From NCBI GenBank assembly GCA_965197925.1, contig CBDAOC010000018.1, positions 32,001 to 96,000 on the forward strand: a stretch of DNA of 64,000 bases, in the 5' to 3' direction. The notes under the pieces are model-generated. The model ran no database searches, was not told the origin of the DNA, and saw nothing but the letters and a program-made list of their open reading frames with translations. Positions 40,333 to 51,465 of the stretch are shown here, piece by piece. A program made the position numbers and the translations under genes. Position 1 is the stretch's first letter, and the number at the start of each line of letters is the position of its first letter. The stretch is from Nitrososphaerales archaeon (lineage in GTDB: Archaea > Thermoproteota > Nitrososphaeria > Nitrososphaerales > UBA213).

Positions 40333-40654
40333 AGGAATTTGGGCTGTTAGGGCTGCCTACGTGAGGACTAAGGCACCCATCTGGTTGAAATTACGAGAAC
40401 TACTGGAGAGTTCGGGTCCTAAGCATGAAGTTGATCTGGCCAAACTTTCTAAATTAACAGAACCTGGGGATATTGTAATTGTTCCTGGTAAGGTACTGGG
40501 CATGGGAAATATGGATCATAATATTACACTTTGCGCTTTTTCACTATCAGAGAACGCTGCCAGAAAAATAGTTGATGCTGACGGTAAGATTTTTAGTGTT
40601 AAGGAATTTGTTGAAGAGTATCCTAAAGGGAGTAAGGTGAAAATAATTGGCTGA
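40307..40654 (+). CDS. rpl18e: 50S ribosomal protein L18e
   Basis: APIW, VPGKVLG.G, FSLSE.A..KI. Confidence 0.92.
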   Translation: MLNNPVLSEGIWAVRAAYVRTKAPIWLKLRELLESSGPKHEVDLAKLSKLTEPGDIVIVPGKVLGMGNMDHNITLCAFSLSENAARKIVDADGKIFSVKEFVEEYPKGSKVKIIG

Positions 40655-41081
40655 ACAGGTAATAGTTGATGCTAAAGATCATATAGCAGGTAGATTATGT
40701 TCTTATGTTGCGAAGATATTACTGAAAGGGAATATGGTTGTGGTAATTAATGCAGAAAAGGCAATGTTGTCTGGAGATAAATATTCTATAATAAGGGAAT
40801 GGCATGATTATCTGGAAGTCGGTAGCATAATCAATCCAATACATGGTCCTTTCCATGCAAGGAGACCTGATAGGATAATAACAAGGATGATCAGGGGTAT
40901 GGTTCCTAGGAGAAAAACATCGGGTGATAATGCTATGAAACGTTTAAGAGTTTATATAGGAATGCCAAAAATTTATGAAGATAGTAAAATGACAGGGTTT
41001 GATGATGCCAAGATCCGGAAGCCTTCTTCATATTACATGAGTGTGAGAGATCTTGCGAAATCCATTGGGTGGAATGAATAA
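40647..41081 (+). CDS. rpl13: 50S ribosomal protein L13
   Basis: DAKDHIAGRLCS.VAK, INAEKA, GPFH.RRPD, RGMVP. Confidence 0.94.
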   Translation: MAEQVIVDAKDHIAGRLCSYVAKILLKGNMVVVINAEKAMLSGDKYSIIREWHDYLEVGSIINPIHGPFHARRPDRIITRMIRGMVPRRKTSGDNAMKRLRVYIGMPKIYEDSKMTGFDDAKIRKPSSYYMSVRDLAKSIGWNE

Positions 41082-41524
41082 TGACTAAAATTGAACTTTA
41101 CTCTGCGAATAGAAAGAGGGCTAGAGCTGTTGCTAGAATAGTACCTGGCAGGGGCAGAATTAGGATCAACAACATCCCGGCTGAATTGATTACTCCTGAA
41201 ATCGCAAAGGAGATCATTCTTACGCCCATAGAAATTGCAGGTGAACCAAGAAATGAGGTCGATATCAGTGTTAGAGTTGAAGGCGGTGGCTATATTGGGG
41301 GAGCGTTTGCTAGTGCAATTGCTATATCTAGGGCTCTAACGGGATATATCAAGGGTAAGAAAGATCCTAAAGATCATCCTTTGCAGAAATCCGTTAGAGA
41401 AGAGATAAAGGAAAGAATTGTTGAATATGATAGGCATCTATTAATAGGAGATCCTAGACGAACTGAACCTAAAAAATTTGGTGGTCTAGGTGCTAGAACA
41501 AGGAAACAAAAGTCTTATCGTTAA
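41081..41524 (+). CDS. rps9: 30S ribosomal protein S9
   Basis: RKRARA, V.GGG, D.RRTEPKKFGG.GAR...QKSYR. Confidence 0.96.
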   Translation: MTKIELYSANRKRARAVARIVPGRGRIRINNIPAELITPEIAKEIILTPIEIAGEPRNEVDISVRVEGGGYIGGAFASAIAISRALTGYIKGKKDPKDHPLQKSVREEIKERIVEYDRHLLIGDPRRTEPKKFGGLGARTRKQKSYR

Positions 41525-41559
41525 CCTCTTACCAAAAATCACAGAAGGTTGTTTGTTAT

Positions 41560-41940
41560 AATCAACCAATGCAATACCACAATGGAGTTAATATCAAAGA
41601 TTTTGTCTCTTCATCTTTGATTCATTTCTGAGCTGTTGGATCGTTGCTGCGTGAATTTCATCTATAATTTTATAACGAGTTAAAAGCTTATGAAACACAC
41701 TCGGCTGATCCAATCCTGGACACTTCTATGACATGTAGAGCCTTTGTATTCTTTTAGTATCTTCTCAACTGGCATCAGGTTCTTAACTAATTTAAGCCAA
41801 CCAATACTTTTCTACATGATGCAGCAGGTCTTCCAACTGTATCAACTGGCTTCTCTGTTGCAAGGATCTTTTACATTTCTTTGCATAAATCATGGAGTAC
41901 TATCCATATCGTTGTAATGTTCTTCTCATTTTTCTTCATA
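41560..41940 (-). pseudogene. Decayed IS5-family transposase, N-terminal part (same family as 12791-13832)
   Basis: MKKNEKNITTIW...DLCKEM*KILATEKPVDTVGRPAASCRKVL..LRT*CQ aligns by eye with MRKSKKKSMPTIW..DNLWEEFKLVLPPEKPARTVGRPAVPFRKVL..LRTGCQ. Confidence 0.7.
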
Positions 41941-42057
41941 GATTGAAATGTGAGGGGGGAACTAGATCCGTTTTTGTAGAAGAAATTGGTTAAATTAATA
42001 ATTTTGTGAAAACTCTGCATGAATATTTTGGAACGAATTTTTCTACCCTGAGCATTT

Positions 42058-42273
42058 TTATCTATATTTCCTGAACAAAGTTTCATGTAGTCTTTTCACA
42101 TGAAAGATCCTACTCGCGGGTATTGTCTGAAATTCTTCTGATATTTGTAAGAATTGCAACAAATTTACTTCCTTGATTTCATCATAATCTCGATATCCTA
42201 CGAAATAAAGTTCAGGATTGTCCGCATGAATTGCTTTATTAAATATCTCCTTTAACTTACCCTTTCGCGCCAA
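42058..42273 (-). CDS. DUF504/MJ1316-like small RNA-repair-associated domain protein
   Basis: Y.VGYRD...IKE, IPASRI, LFRK pattern. Confidence 0.7.
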   Translation of the reverse strand: MARKGKLKEIFNKAIHADNPELYFVGYRDYDEIKEVNLLQFLQISEEFQTIPASRIFHVKRLHETLFRKYR

Positions 42274-42329
42274 TATTTAAACTATAAAATACTATATAAT
42301 AAAGTCTAATTTCCTGGGAAAGAAAGGAT

Positions 42330-42778
42330 ATGGTAGATCCCAAAAGGGAGAAAATGTAGAAATGGTGGAGATAAATGCAGACGAAATTATTGCATTTCAT
42401 TTCTACTGACTCACTTTTATCTACATGGAGGGATAGGATTCACAACGCTCACAAACCTGTTCAAAAATAACGCAATGGGCGAGTTGAAACATGTAGAAAT
42501 GCTTGCGTACAGATTAAACTAGCTGGGCATTCGCTTTCACCAATCTAGCCGAATGATTGAGGAACAGCAACGTTGGGGATATTCAACCAGAGCAATACCT
42601 TACATTCTAGAAATCTGTGCAAAAAGCTATGGAAATACCAGGAATTGTCAGAGCGCTACAATAAAATAATGAAGGTGAATGGAGTGAATATCGTGACCTA
42701 CGAACTGGTTGGTGATATACTTGCTGAAGAAGTAAAGGTAGAGTAGGATTTGGAGGATATACTCAACCATTTGACAAT
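42330..42778 (+). pseudogene. Ferritin-like (bacterioferritin/Dps-like) pseudogene
   Basis: Across stops and frameshifts: NADEIIAFHFY, AMGELKHVEMLAYRLN*LG, RYNKIMK, VTYELVGDILAEEVKVE*DLEDIL (ExxH four-helix pattern). Confidence 0.65.
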
Positions 42779-43267
42779 TTAGGGAATATAATTAAGGAGG
42801 CCGCCGGCATCGATTATTTTTCTAATCAATTCTGAAAATGGTTTCATTTTGTATACTTTAGATTTAGTAAGGTTCTTCACCTCACTTTTGTCTATATCAA
42901 TCACCAACTGATCTTTATCACTTATACTTCCATATGCATCCTTATCTATTTCTATAGGAAGCAAGTGAGCACCGTCTACTGAATTCCTGTAAAATATTCT
43001 TGCAAATGATAATGCCAGTACAGCAGTTATACCTGCATGCTTTAACGCTATAGGAGCATGTTCTCTACTTGAGCCACAACCGAAGTTCTCCCCTGCAATA
43101 ACAAAGTCACCCTGATTTACCTTCTTAATAAATTCTATATCAAGACCCTCCATAGCGTGTTTTGCAAGTTCATTAGGATCCATTATTTTTAGATAAGGGC
43201 CAGGTATTATAACATCGGTATCGATATTGTCCATTTCATATTTGTGTGCTATACCATTCAAATTCAC
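42779..43267 (-). CDS. leuD: 3-isopropylmalate dehydratase/homoaconitase small subunit
   Basis: NIDTDVIIPG.YL, NFGCGSSREHAP, SFARIFYRN, AGGLL. Confidence 0.92.
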   Translation of the reverse strand: MNLNGIAHKYEMDNIDTDVIIPGPYLKIMDPNELAKHAMEGLDIEFIKKVNQGDFVIAGENFGCGSSREHAPIALKHAGITAVLALSFARIFYRNSVDGAHLLPIEIDKDAYGSISDKDQLVIDIDKSEVKNLTKSKVYKMKPFSELIRKIIDAGGLLNYIP

Positions 43268-43268
43268 T

Positions 43269-44546
43269 TCACCTTACATCTCTTGGGTCAGTTATGATTC
43301 CAGTTATTGCAGACGCTGCCACAACTTTTGGTGAAGCAAGGTATGTTTTTGATTCATTATGCCCCATCCTTCCAGGGAAGTTTCTATTTGTTGTACTAAC
43401 ACAAACTTCATCCTTGGCCAAAACACCCATATGCGCACCGCAGCATGCTCCACATGTAGGTGGGCCCACAACTGCACCAGCCTCTATAAATATACTGATA
43501 AGACCAGTGGATAGTGCACGCCTGTAGATGCTTTGTGCTGCAGGTAACACTTCCGTTCTTACCTTGACCTTCTTTCCTTTCAGGATTTTCGCTGCTTCCT
43601 CAAGATCCGTATACTTTGCACCCGTACATGAGCCAATATACGCCTTGTCTATTGGTATGCTACCAAGTTGCCTTACTACTTCTCTATTATCAGGAGAGAA
43701 AGGTTTCGCAACAACGGGCTCCATCTTCTCTACATCGTAGTCGTGAATGTCAGCAAAATCAGCATCTTCATCACCAACCAGCGGTGTAAAAGGCATTCTA
43801 TTTCGCTCCTTCACATAATTTAACGCTGTCTGATCTGGATCCATTATTCCATTCTTTGCACCGGCTTCAGTAGTCATATTTGTAAGTGTAAATCGCTCGT
43901 CCATTGGCATCTTGCTTATGACAGATCCGCTAAACTGTATAGTACTATAATTTCCAACATCGGTTCCATGATCGGCAATAATGTTAAGTATGATGTCCTT
44001 AGCCATAATGTAATCGGGTATATGGCCTTCAAGCTTAAATAATTTAGTCTGAGGAACCTTAAACCAAATCTTGCCGTTCAGCAAGACATATGCAATATCG
44101 GTATGACCCAGCCCTGTTGCAAAAGCCCCTAACGCACCTGTAGTGTTTGTATGCGAATCTCCCCCTACATAAACCTCCCCAGGTAGGACCAGTCCCTCCT
44201 CATGAGATAATGTGTGGCAAATTCCATACTGGCCTAAACCATATTTGAAGTGTTTCTCAATACCGAATTTCTTTACGAAATTTTGAACCAACACGATGTT
44301 TTGAGCCGCTAGCTTGTCTACAGCTGGAACGAAATGATCCTCTGCTACCCATACCCTAGATGGATCCCATATTCTTTCTATTTTCCTTCCATTCGTTTCC
44401 AATTCTTTGAATACCGTCATTACTCCTGGGCCAGAAACATCATGAAGCATGACCTTGTCTACATTAGCGAATATGACGTCATCTGGTGACACCTTATCTC
44501 TACCTGACGCTCTTGCGAGAATTTTTTCAGTCAAAGTCATACCCAA
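43269..44546 (-). CDS. leuC: 3-isopropylmalate dehydratase/homoaconitase large subunit
   Basis: DH, GICH, GDSHT, IGSCTG, CGACCG, STTNRNFPGRMG, YLASP. Confidence 0.94.
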   Translation of the reverse strand: MGMTLTEKILARASGRDKVSPDDVIFANVDKVMLHDVSGPGVMTVFKELETNGRKIERIWDPSRVWVAEDHFVPAVDKLAAQNIVLVQNFVKKFGIEKHFKYGLGQYGICHTLSHEEGLVLPGEVYVGGDSHTNTTGALGAFATGLGHTDIAYVLLNGKIWFKVPQTKLFKLEGHIPDYIMAKDIILNIIADHGTDVGNYSTIQFSGSVISKMPMDERFTLTNMTTEAGAKNGIMDPDQTALNYVKERNRMPFTPLVGDEDADFADIHDYDVEKMEPVVAKPFSPDNREVVRQLGSIPIDKAYIGSCTGAKYTDLEEAAKILKGKKVKVRTEVLPAAQSIYRRALSTGLISIFIEAGAVVGPPTCGACCGAHMGVLAKDEVCVSTTNRNFPGRMGHNESKTYLASPKVVAASAITGIITDPRDVR

Positions 44547-45638
44547 AAATTATCACCTGCAATCCTACGCCACAATACAGAATTAAAATGTTTTGTGCTC
44601 CTATCGCGTTCAGAGGATTGTTTTTATTACTTTTCAAATGTTCAGCTCCACAAGCACCTGTTGTTAAATCAAACACATTAGATCAGGAAGAGTCTGTCTG
44701 TAGTAATTGGTACACTAAAGTATACAAGTCAAATGATTTGATTGTATAAATAGGCCACATCTACGAACTACATATTTCCTTTAATTAGTGGATTGGAAGA
44801 ATAGTGAGATCATTATTCCTTTTCCCAATTGGATCTATTAGTTAATAATAATCTGGAAATCATTACCATAATCTTTATTCTACCTCTAAAAAATCAATGC
44901 CACCAACAACTCCAAATTATTTACTATTCTTCCGATCCCCGTCAAAAGGATCCTTTAGGATGCCTCCCATCTAACAATATCTCTGCTTCGGTAATATCGG
45001 TTTATCATATGGAATGAATAACCCTTGTTAATTAATACCATCACAACATGAACAAAATTAGCTTCCCAACATATTCATTTGTAAAGAATATCATCGGTAC
45101 GCCTGGGATCGTCTTTTTCATATGGCTACGCGCAAATTTTAAGAAACAATATCCAACCTTCAAGAAAACTATTCTAGGAACAAATTATTCATCATATATT
45201 TACAGTCTTTAATACTACAATATACTTCTTTAACCAATGAAACTAACCGATTCTGACTCGAGAGATTTTTTAAAATTTGCTAAATAAGGTTTAATTGGTA
45301 TTTCCATTGAGATTGATATTTCTAAGCTTGTCATCGTTGTTGTTATTAGGTTATGAATATTAGTTCGGCAGGGATTTTCCTATTATAAACATAATATCCC
45401 ACAACCCCAATTATTCACCATTATTACCACTGAATAATTTACCATCCATTGGCCAAACAAGCAAAGAAATTCGACCGATCGGTGAAGGTAATACAAGAAA
45501 TAAATCAAGCTTTGTGATTACCTTCTTCAATAGTGCTGCATTTTTAAATATATTTAGATACAGATCATCGACTATACTATAATACGAAACTTCCAATATT
45601 AGTAATATCATACTGCAATATTAATTAGTGCTGGCACC

Positions 45639-47060
45639 ATGACTATTGGTGTGGACACACAAAAAATGATTGACACAATCCTAAGACAAAAAATGAATCT
45701 TTCCAAGGTTGATCTTGAACAGATGATCGAGGAAAAGAAGGAAAAGATCGGTTCTGGATATCTTACTGACCAAGGTGCATTATTTCTTGTAGCTGCTGAT
45801 TTAGGAATATTGTTAGAAGAGCTGCCCAGATTAGAGATGAGCTTAAAGGATATCTACGCAGGAGCAAGGGAAGTTACCATCATTGCACGGGTATTGAACA
45901 TATATCCACTAAAAAAATATAATAGGAAAAATGGTTCTGAGGCAAGCCTAAGGACTTTGACGGTCTATGATAACGATACTAAAGTTAAGGTAAAGCTTTG
46001 GGATGAGATGGCGGTGTTACCGGAAAAAATTAACATAAAACCTGGTGATGCTATAAAGGTTTCAAAAGCCTATGTACGTTCGGGTATAGATGGCAAGATT
46101 GCCATTAATGGCGGTTCTACGACCACAATTGAGTTAATAGAGGATAATGTTCCTCATATTCGGGAAATCGATGCCTTGGTCATGGACGCAAGCGAAATAA
46201 CGGGTTCAGAAGAGGATATCATTGTAACCGGTGTGGTAAATACAAGTCCAACTATAACACGTTTCAACAACTTCCGGGGTGAACCAAGTAAGATGATGAA
46301 CATGCAAATTGCAGGGAGCGATGGCAAGACATTTCGAATTGTCATATGGAACATTGATGAAGAAAGGATACCTAAAGTAATTAAGAATAATTCTGAGATT
46401 AAGTTGATTGGGCTAAAAACTAAGCAAGGACAATATGGTGGTGTTGAGCTTCATGGTGATGAGGGAACTTTGATAGAATTAAAGGATGAGCCAGAGGAGA
46501 TTGAAATGATGTTACTACGAGTTATTTCTGTAAGCAGAGATGATGGCGAGAAACCAGAGTCTTATGCACTCGCCTTTGACAAAGGTAAGCAAATCTTTAC
46601 CATCCTTATGGATGAAATTTTTGTTGAGCAGCTTATAGATGACGGTATAATCCAATGCGTGCCGAGCAGGATTTATGGTAATATGCTATTACTTCGGGAT
46701 GATGCTTATGTTAGTGTGGTGGAAGACGATTCAACATTTCCAAATACAGATTCGCTCGAAATAAAAATCAAAGAACTCAAACCATCGCAAGAACCTTATT
46801 TCTTGGAAGCTATCACCTTATCTGCAGTAAAGGTGCAAGATATTCAAGTTAGAGATGGGAATGAAGTAAAATTCGCAGAAGTAATGCTTGGTGATGACAC
46901 GGCTGAAATAAAGCTAGTTGGTTGGAGAGAAACAGCCAGCTTTATTGCTGGTTTAACTATAGGGAAACGAGTTAAGGTGTATGGAGTTGTAGCTTTAACA
47001 GGAAGGGAAGGTGATATTGAATTAAGATTGAAACCTTTCTCGCGTGTACTCGAGCTTTAA
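45639..47060 (+). CDS. rpa: Replication protein A / multi-OB-fold ssDNA-binding protein
   Basis: GYLTDQGALFLVA N-terminal motif; repeated D.T..V.LW OB-fold strands (KVKLWD, RIVIWN, GDDTAEIKLVGW). Confidence 0.85.
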   Translation: MTIGVDTQKMIDTILRQKMNLSKVDLEQMIEEKKEKIGSGYLTDQGALFLVAADLGILLEELPRLEMSLKDIYAGAREVTIIARVLNIYPLKKYNRKNGSEASLRTLTVYDNDTKVKVKLWDEMAVLPEKINIKPGDAIKVSKAYVRSGIDGKIAINGGSTTTIELIEDNVPHIREIDALVMDASEITGSEEDIIVTGVVNTSPTITRFNNFRGEPSKMMNMQIAGSDGKTFRIVIWNIDEERIPKVIKNNSEIKLIGLKTKQGQYGGVELHGDEGTLIELKDEPEEIEMMLLRVISVSRDDGEKPESYALAFDKGKQIFTILMDEIFVEQLIDDGIIQCVPSRIYGNMLLLRDDAYVSVVEDDSTFPNTDSLEIKIKELKPSQEPYFLEAITLSAVKVQDIQVRDGNEVKFAEVMLGDDTAEIKLVGWRETASFIAGLTIGKRVKVYGVVALTGREGDIELRLKPFSRVLEL

Positions 47061-49816
47061 TCATCCCAAAATCCTCTTGTTACAATGTATTGTCTTTCCG
47101 CCTCATATATCTGCTTATAAGTCTCGGAATCGTCTACGAAATTCCGCAATACCCGCGCAGCCGTATCAACACCAATACCGTAACCAGATAATACCAGTAG
47201 TGCTTTCCTACCAAAGTTATGTATTAGGGATGCACCTTTCCATGCTCTATCGAACTTATGCTCATCATCAACGTTAAGCTTCCCGCCCTTCATTTTTGTT
47301 TTGATGATTTTTGCCAGCTCAAGATCAGAAACATATGTAGAGGTTATGAGTTGTGACCTGCATTTTGTACAGTGTAAATTATCAGGGATGTCCTTGGTCT
47401 CCATTATCCGCTCCCAGTTGCCACACCTTATACATATCAATTTGTGTCTAGTCTTCTGCAAACGTTCCTTCACCAACTCTATTACCCCTTGTTCAATGCT
47501 TAAGGGCGTCGCAGAAAAGCGCGTGGAACGGTCAAGGATAGGCTTTGAAAGGTCTGAGAATTCATCAACATCAATCCATTTTAAATTGATATCACTTTTC
47601 TTTATGCGTTCAAGTATTGATGATGATAGCGGAATATCAAATTTGTCATGCATTAATTCTCTAATTACCTCCTTGCTTATTGCGGTTTTTGAATATCTTT
47701 CATAAATCAAACGAGCCGCCTTTTTGTCATAAACAGCCTTACGATCGATCAATCCGAATCGCTTTGCGACATGCCATGTACGCCAGTTTACATTATGAGT
47801 ATTTCTTAGCGAGGCTATAATTACAACTTCAAGGTCATACTGATCGCCGAAGCAATCCATTATCTGCTGTTTCATTATTCTAACCTTGGAAGTGAGTATG
47901 ATCCTATAAGCATCTGATCTGGTTTCAACCAGGTATCCTAGCTTTGAAGAAATTATTGTCGAAAGAAGTGTCGAAAGAGTATTATTTACTTTCGTACCAA
48001 AACATGCATGTATTACTATTGCATTTCTCCTGGCCGACGATTCCACGACTATAGTACGATGATCAGGAATGGTTTGGGATAACCTGTAAATTTCTTCCAG
48101 ATTAGACTCACCAACAGACAAATTTCCTTTCAAGATCATTCTCCTTAATTTACCAACTTCTACAGCGGTCTCATATTCAATAGGGATCAAATCGCCCACC
48201 CAATATGGAATATTGACAGCTGCGCTGTGCATAGGTTCCACATTCAACCTCAACTTAGAATCATCCACTGCAAGAACACGCCACTGGGTCCCCTTCAACA
48301 CAAAGACATTACCTTGTTCACCATAATCACCTACAAACTCCTGATCTAAGCTCCCGACGGTCTTTTTGTTTACCGTATCAAACACTTCAAACTTCATGAT
48401 ATCTGGAATCGTAGAAATATTTTCAAAATAGTACTTGTAAGCTTTGATCTTTTTCCTGAAAGATAGTTCATCACGATCATAATTTATTATTCTATTGCTA
48501 TCAAGTAAGTCCAAACATGATTCTATATCATGCATTGTTATTTCCCTGAATAAATATGCACCATTTACAATCTTACAAGCTTCTTCAACACTTACGCTTT
48601 TTTGTTGTAATGTAAGTCCCACCAAATGATGGGTAAGAACATCTAATGACATTTCATGCATAACTTGTTCTTCAATAGAATCTCGCTTCAATCTACGGAT
48701 TATCGCCATTGCCTCGAGTTCGTCGTCTGGATTGTTTGTTATCAATAAGCCCTTTGCAGATTGTTTTATTTTGTGCCTGCTTCTGCCTATCCTTTGCATC
48801 AGTTTTGAAACCTGTCTTGGTGAGCCATAATGGATCACAATTTCTACAGAACCTATATCAAGACCAAGTTCAAGGGAGGATGTGCAAACAACTATACCTG
48901 CTGCCCCGCTTCGCAGCCTTGCCTCCGTTTCCTCCCTCATATCTTTTGATAGCGAACCATGATGTACGTCTATGTTAACATGATTTGAATGATTGTTCAT
49001 AACCGTGGATAAGTATTCTGCCTCGTTTCTAGTATTTGTGAATAGCAATACAGAGCATTCAGGATAATTCTTTTTGACGTAATCTGTAGCAAACTTTGCT
49101 ACTTCATTTAATGAACCCTTTACAAACCTTGTTTTTATATCGTAATCTCTTATGGAATTGTCTACTAAAATTGCACATTTTCTGTGAGTGCCGGCTACAA
49201 ACTTCGCTGCAGCTTTTAGATTCCGTATAGTTGCTGATAGACCTATTCTGATGATAGGGTTACTGGTGATAGCTTGGAGTCTTTCCAGACTCACAGCCAA
49301 GTGTGCACCACGTTCATTTGAAATGAGCTCATGAATCTCATCTATAACTATCCATTGTAAATTCTTCATTACACTAATCAACCTCTCATTAGTCAAAATA
49401 ATGGCCAGCGTTTCTGGTGTTGTTATCAGGATATCGGGGGGATCGGTAACCATTTTCTTCTTCGCATTTGCTGAAGTATCACCATGTCTGACTCCTACTT
49501 TCAAACCTTCCTTCTCCGCATAACCAATTATTCTTCGCAGGACATCCCGATTCAGTGCTTTTAATGGTGTGATGTAGATTGCACCTATACCAGAGTATTT
49601 TTGAGACACAAGCATAGTGAAAATTGGTATAACTGCTGATTCCGTCTTACCTGAACCTGTTGGTGAGACCAAAAGGGCGTTAATTTTGCGTGATAATAGA
49701 GGTAGAGCCTTTCTCTGAATAGGTGTTAATTTGTCAAACCCCACAGTCTTGAATTTATCAATTATGTCTTGGTCAACGTTCTGCATGCTTTCTTTCCTTC
49801 GCCCGTTCCCGTTCAT
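47057..49816 (-). CDS. lhr: Lhr-like SF2 ATP-dependent helicase
   Basis: PTGSGKT, RHGDT, TTPETL, DEIH, SAT, HHGSLS, SSLELGLDIG, QRIGRSRH; C-terminal CxxC pairs. Confidence 0.93.
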   Translation of the reverse strand: MNGNGRRKESMQNVDQDIIDKFKTVGFDKLTPIQRKALPLLSRKINALLVSPTGSGKTESAVIPIFTMLVSQKYSGIGAIYITPLKALNRDVLRRIIGYAEKEGLKVGVRHGDTSANAKKKMVTDPPDILITTPETLAIILTNERLISVMKNLQWIVIDEIHELISNERGAHLAVSLERLQAITSNPIIRIGLSATIRNLKAAAKFVAGTHRKCAILVDNSIRDYDIKTRFVKGSLNEVAKFATDYVKKNYPECSVLLFTNTRNEAEYLSTVMNNHSNHVNIDVHHGSLSKDMREETEARLRSGAAGIVVCTSSLELGLDIGSVEIVIHYGSPRQVSKLMQRIGRSRHKIKQSAKGLLITNNPDDELEAMAIIRRLKRDSIEEQVMHEMSLDVLTHHLVGLTLQQKSVSVEEACKIVNGAYLFREITMHDIESCLDLLDSNRIINYDRDELSFRKKIKAYKYYFENISTIPDIMKFEVFDTVNKKTVGSLDQEFVGDYGEQGNVFVLKGTQWRVLAVDDSKLRLNVEPMHSAAVNIPYWVGDLIPIEYETAVEVGKLRRMILKGNLSVGESNLEEIYRLSQTIPDHRTIVVESSARRNAIVIHACFGTKVNNTLSTLLSTIISSKLGYLVETRSDAYRIILTSKVRIMKQQIMDCFGDQYDLEVVIIASLRNTHNVNWRTWHVAKRFGLIDRKAVYDKKAARLIYERYSKTAISKEVIRELMHDKFDIPLSSSILERIKKSDINLKWIDVDEFSDLSKPILDRSTRFSATPLSIEQGVIELVKERLQKTRHKLICIRCGNWERIMETKDIPDNLHCTKCRSQLITSTYVSDLELAKIIKTKMKGGKLNVDDEHKFDRAWKGASLIHNFGRKALLVLSGYGIGVDTAARVLRNFVDDSETYKQIYEAERQYIVTRGFWDD

Positions 49817-50004
49817 AAAGCATAATCACAAATAACCCTACGATAAATATCACAATAGAGGCTATCGTTAAGGAACTTGTAATTTCTGCCATACGTCATT
49901 ACAAAAAATAAAGGAATTAAATGTTTGGTTATATTTGCATTATACAATAATTAGATTATGATGTGTTTAGTGAACATCCACTAACAATGGAATCTATCTA
50001 ATTA

Positions 50005-50026
50005 GCGGGCCCGGCCGGATTCGAAC
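50005..50026 (-). other. Isolated tRNA 3'-end fragment (T-loop to discriminator), att-site-like
   Basis: Reverse complement GTTCGAATCCGGCCGGGCCCGC; no D or anticodon arm nearby. Confidence 0.65.
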
Positions 50027-50420
50027 TTTACCATGTTTCGGATTTGTAGGTGTTTTTGGAACCTCTTGACAGACGTTCTACTGCTACAGCCATAGCAATG
50101 AGTTGGCAGATGGCAGGGAATTGTACTTCCCGTAGTACCGAAATGTTTCTTGAGTTCAGTTATCTCTTCGTCCTTCGACTTGATTATAGAGAGAAGTTTG
50201 TAGTGCTTGCAATGCTTATGCTTGCTCACACCGTACTATCATAGAATACTTGATCTGATCGTTTCGATTCTCAGGAAGGACGTAAATACATGCCATTAGG
50301 TTCTATTGAAGGCTCCTTTGAGTATTTCAACCTGAAATGAAATTCAAGTTTGCGCAAGTGGTAATACTGGCCAAATTGAATTTAAATCAAGAATCGGGAT
50401 CGAAGTTTTTAAAGAACTAA

Positions 50421-51465
50421 GAGCCTATCCTAAAATTCTAGCTGATAGTTAATGATTGGTAGAAATGATAACATTTAGAATGCAAGAATATTAGTTCATA
50501 CTGTCAGGTTTAGTTTTCTTACTATTGATTTTATTAGTATTGTAGATAGTAGATACTAGAAACAGTTGCATTAACGTGTTTATGACACTACCAATATATC
50601 GCTCTGTACACTATTAGGCAGTTAGCAAATTCTACTAGCGCCTGATAATTTTCCTCTCTCTTCTCGAACCTTACCAATAACTTTCTGAACCTGTTATGCC
50701 AAGATGCGGTTCTTTCTACAACCCATCTCTTTGCTTTGTATAAATTCTTTTTCAACACTTCACCCTTATGACGAATGTGATCTACATATCCCCTTCCTAA
50801 CTCCATACTCTATCTCAGGGAAATCATATCCTATTCATGCATATGTTCTGTTTAACTTTGGGCCTATCAACAACAATGCTATCTATTGTAGGAAAGGCTG
50901 ATTTCATATCGTGTTTATTTGCTCCAGTAATTACAGATGAGAGAGGAATACCTCTTCTATCAACCAGCATGTAACGTTTGGTACCTAGCTTGCCTCTATC
51001 CGTTGGGTTTGCTCCGGTCGTTTTCCCCCTAATGGGGCCTTCGGTACGCTATCCATGGATTGCCAGTCCCATCCTATACTCTTTAATTCATCATATATTT
51101 CCAGCAGCCTCTTCCATACCTTCTTGAATACTCCTATCCCAATCCATTCCTGAAATCTTGCATGGCAAGTTGAACCAGAACCAAATTCTTTCAATACCTT
51201 CTTCCACTGGCATCCAGTTCTTAATACATACAGTATTCCATTCAATACTTTTCTAAATGGCACAGCTGGCCTTCCAACTGTTCTTGCTGGTTTCTCTGGT
51301 GACAACACTAGTTTGAACTCTTCCCATAGATTGTCTGGCATATGCCATATGGTCGGCATGCTCTTTTTCTTTGATTTTCTCACAAATTTAGCTAGATCTA
51401 GAGACAGATCTAGATCTGTTTCGGTATAAACAATTAGGCTATGATGTTAATTTTAGGATAAGCTC
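50421..51465 (-). mobile_element. IS5-family element, copy 2; defective transposase
   Basis: TIRs GAGCCTATCCTAAAATT ... AATTTTAGGATAAGCTC, TAA target duplication; near-identical to 12791-13832. Confidence 0.93.

Noticed and set aside
44550..45638. ORF-poor region between leuC and rpa
   Set aside because: Only short ORFs without motifs; cannot call a gene or ncRNA.
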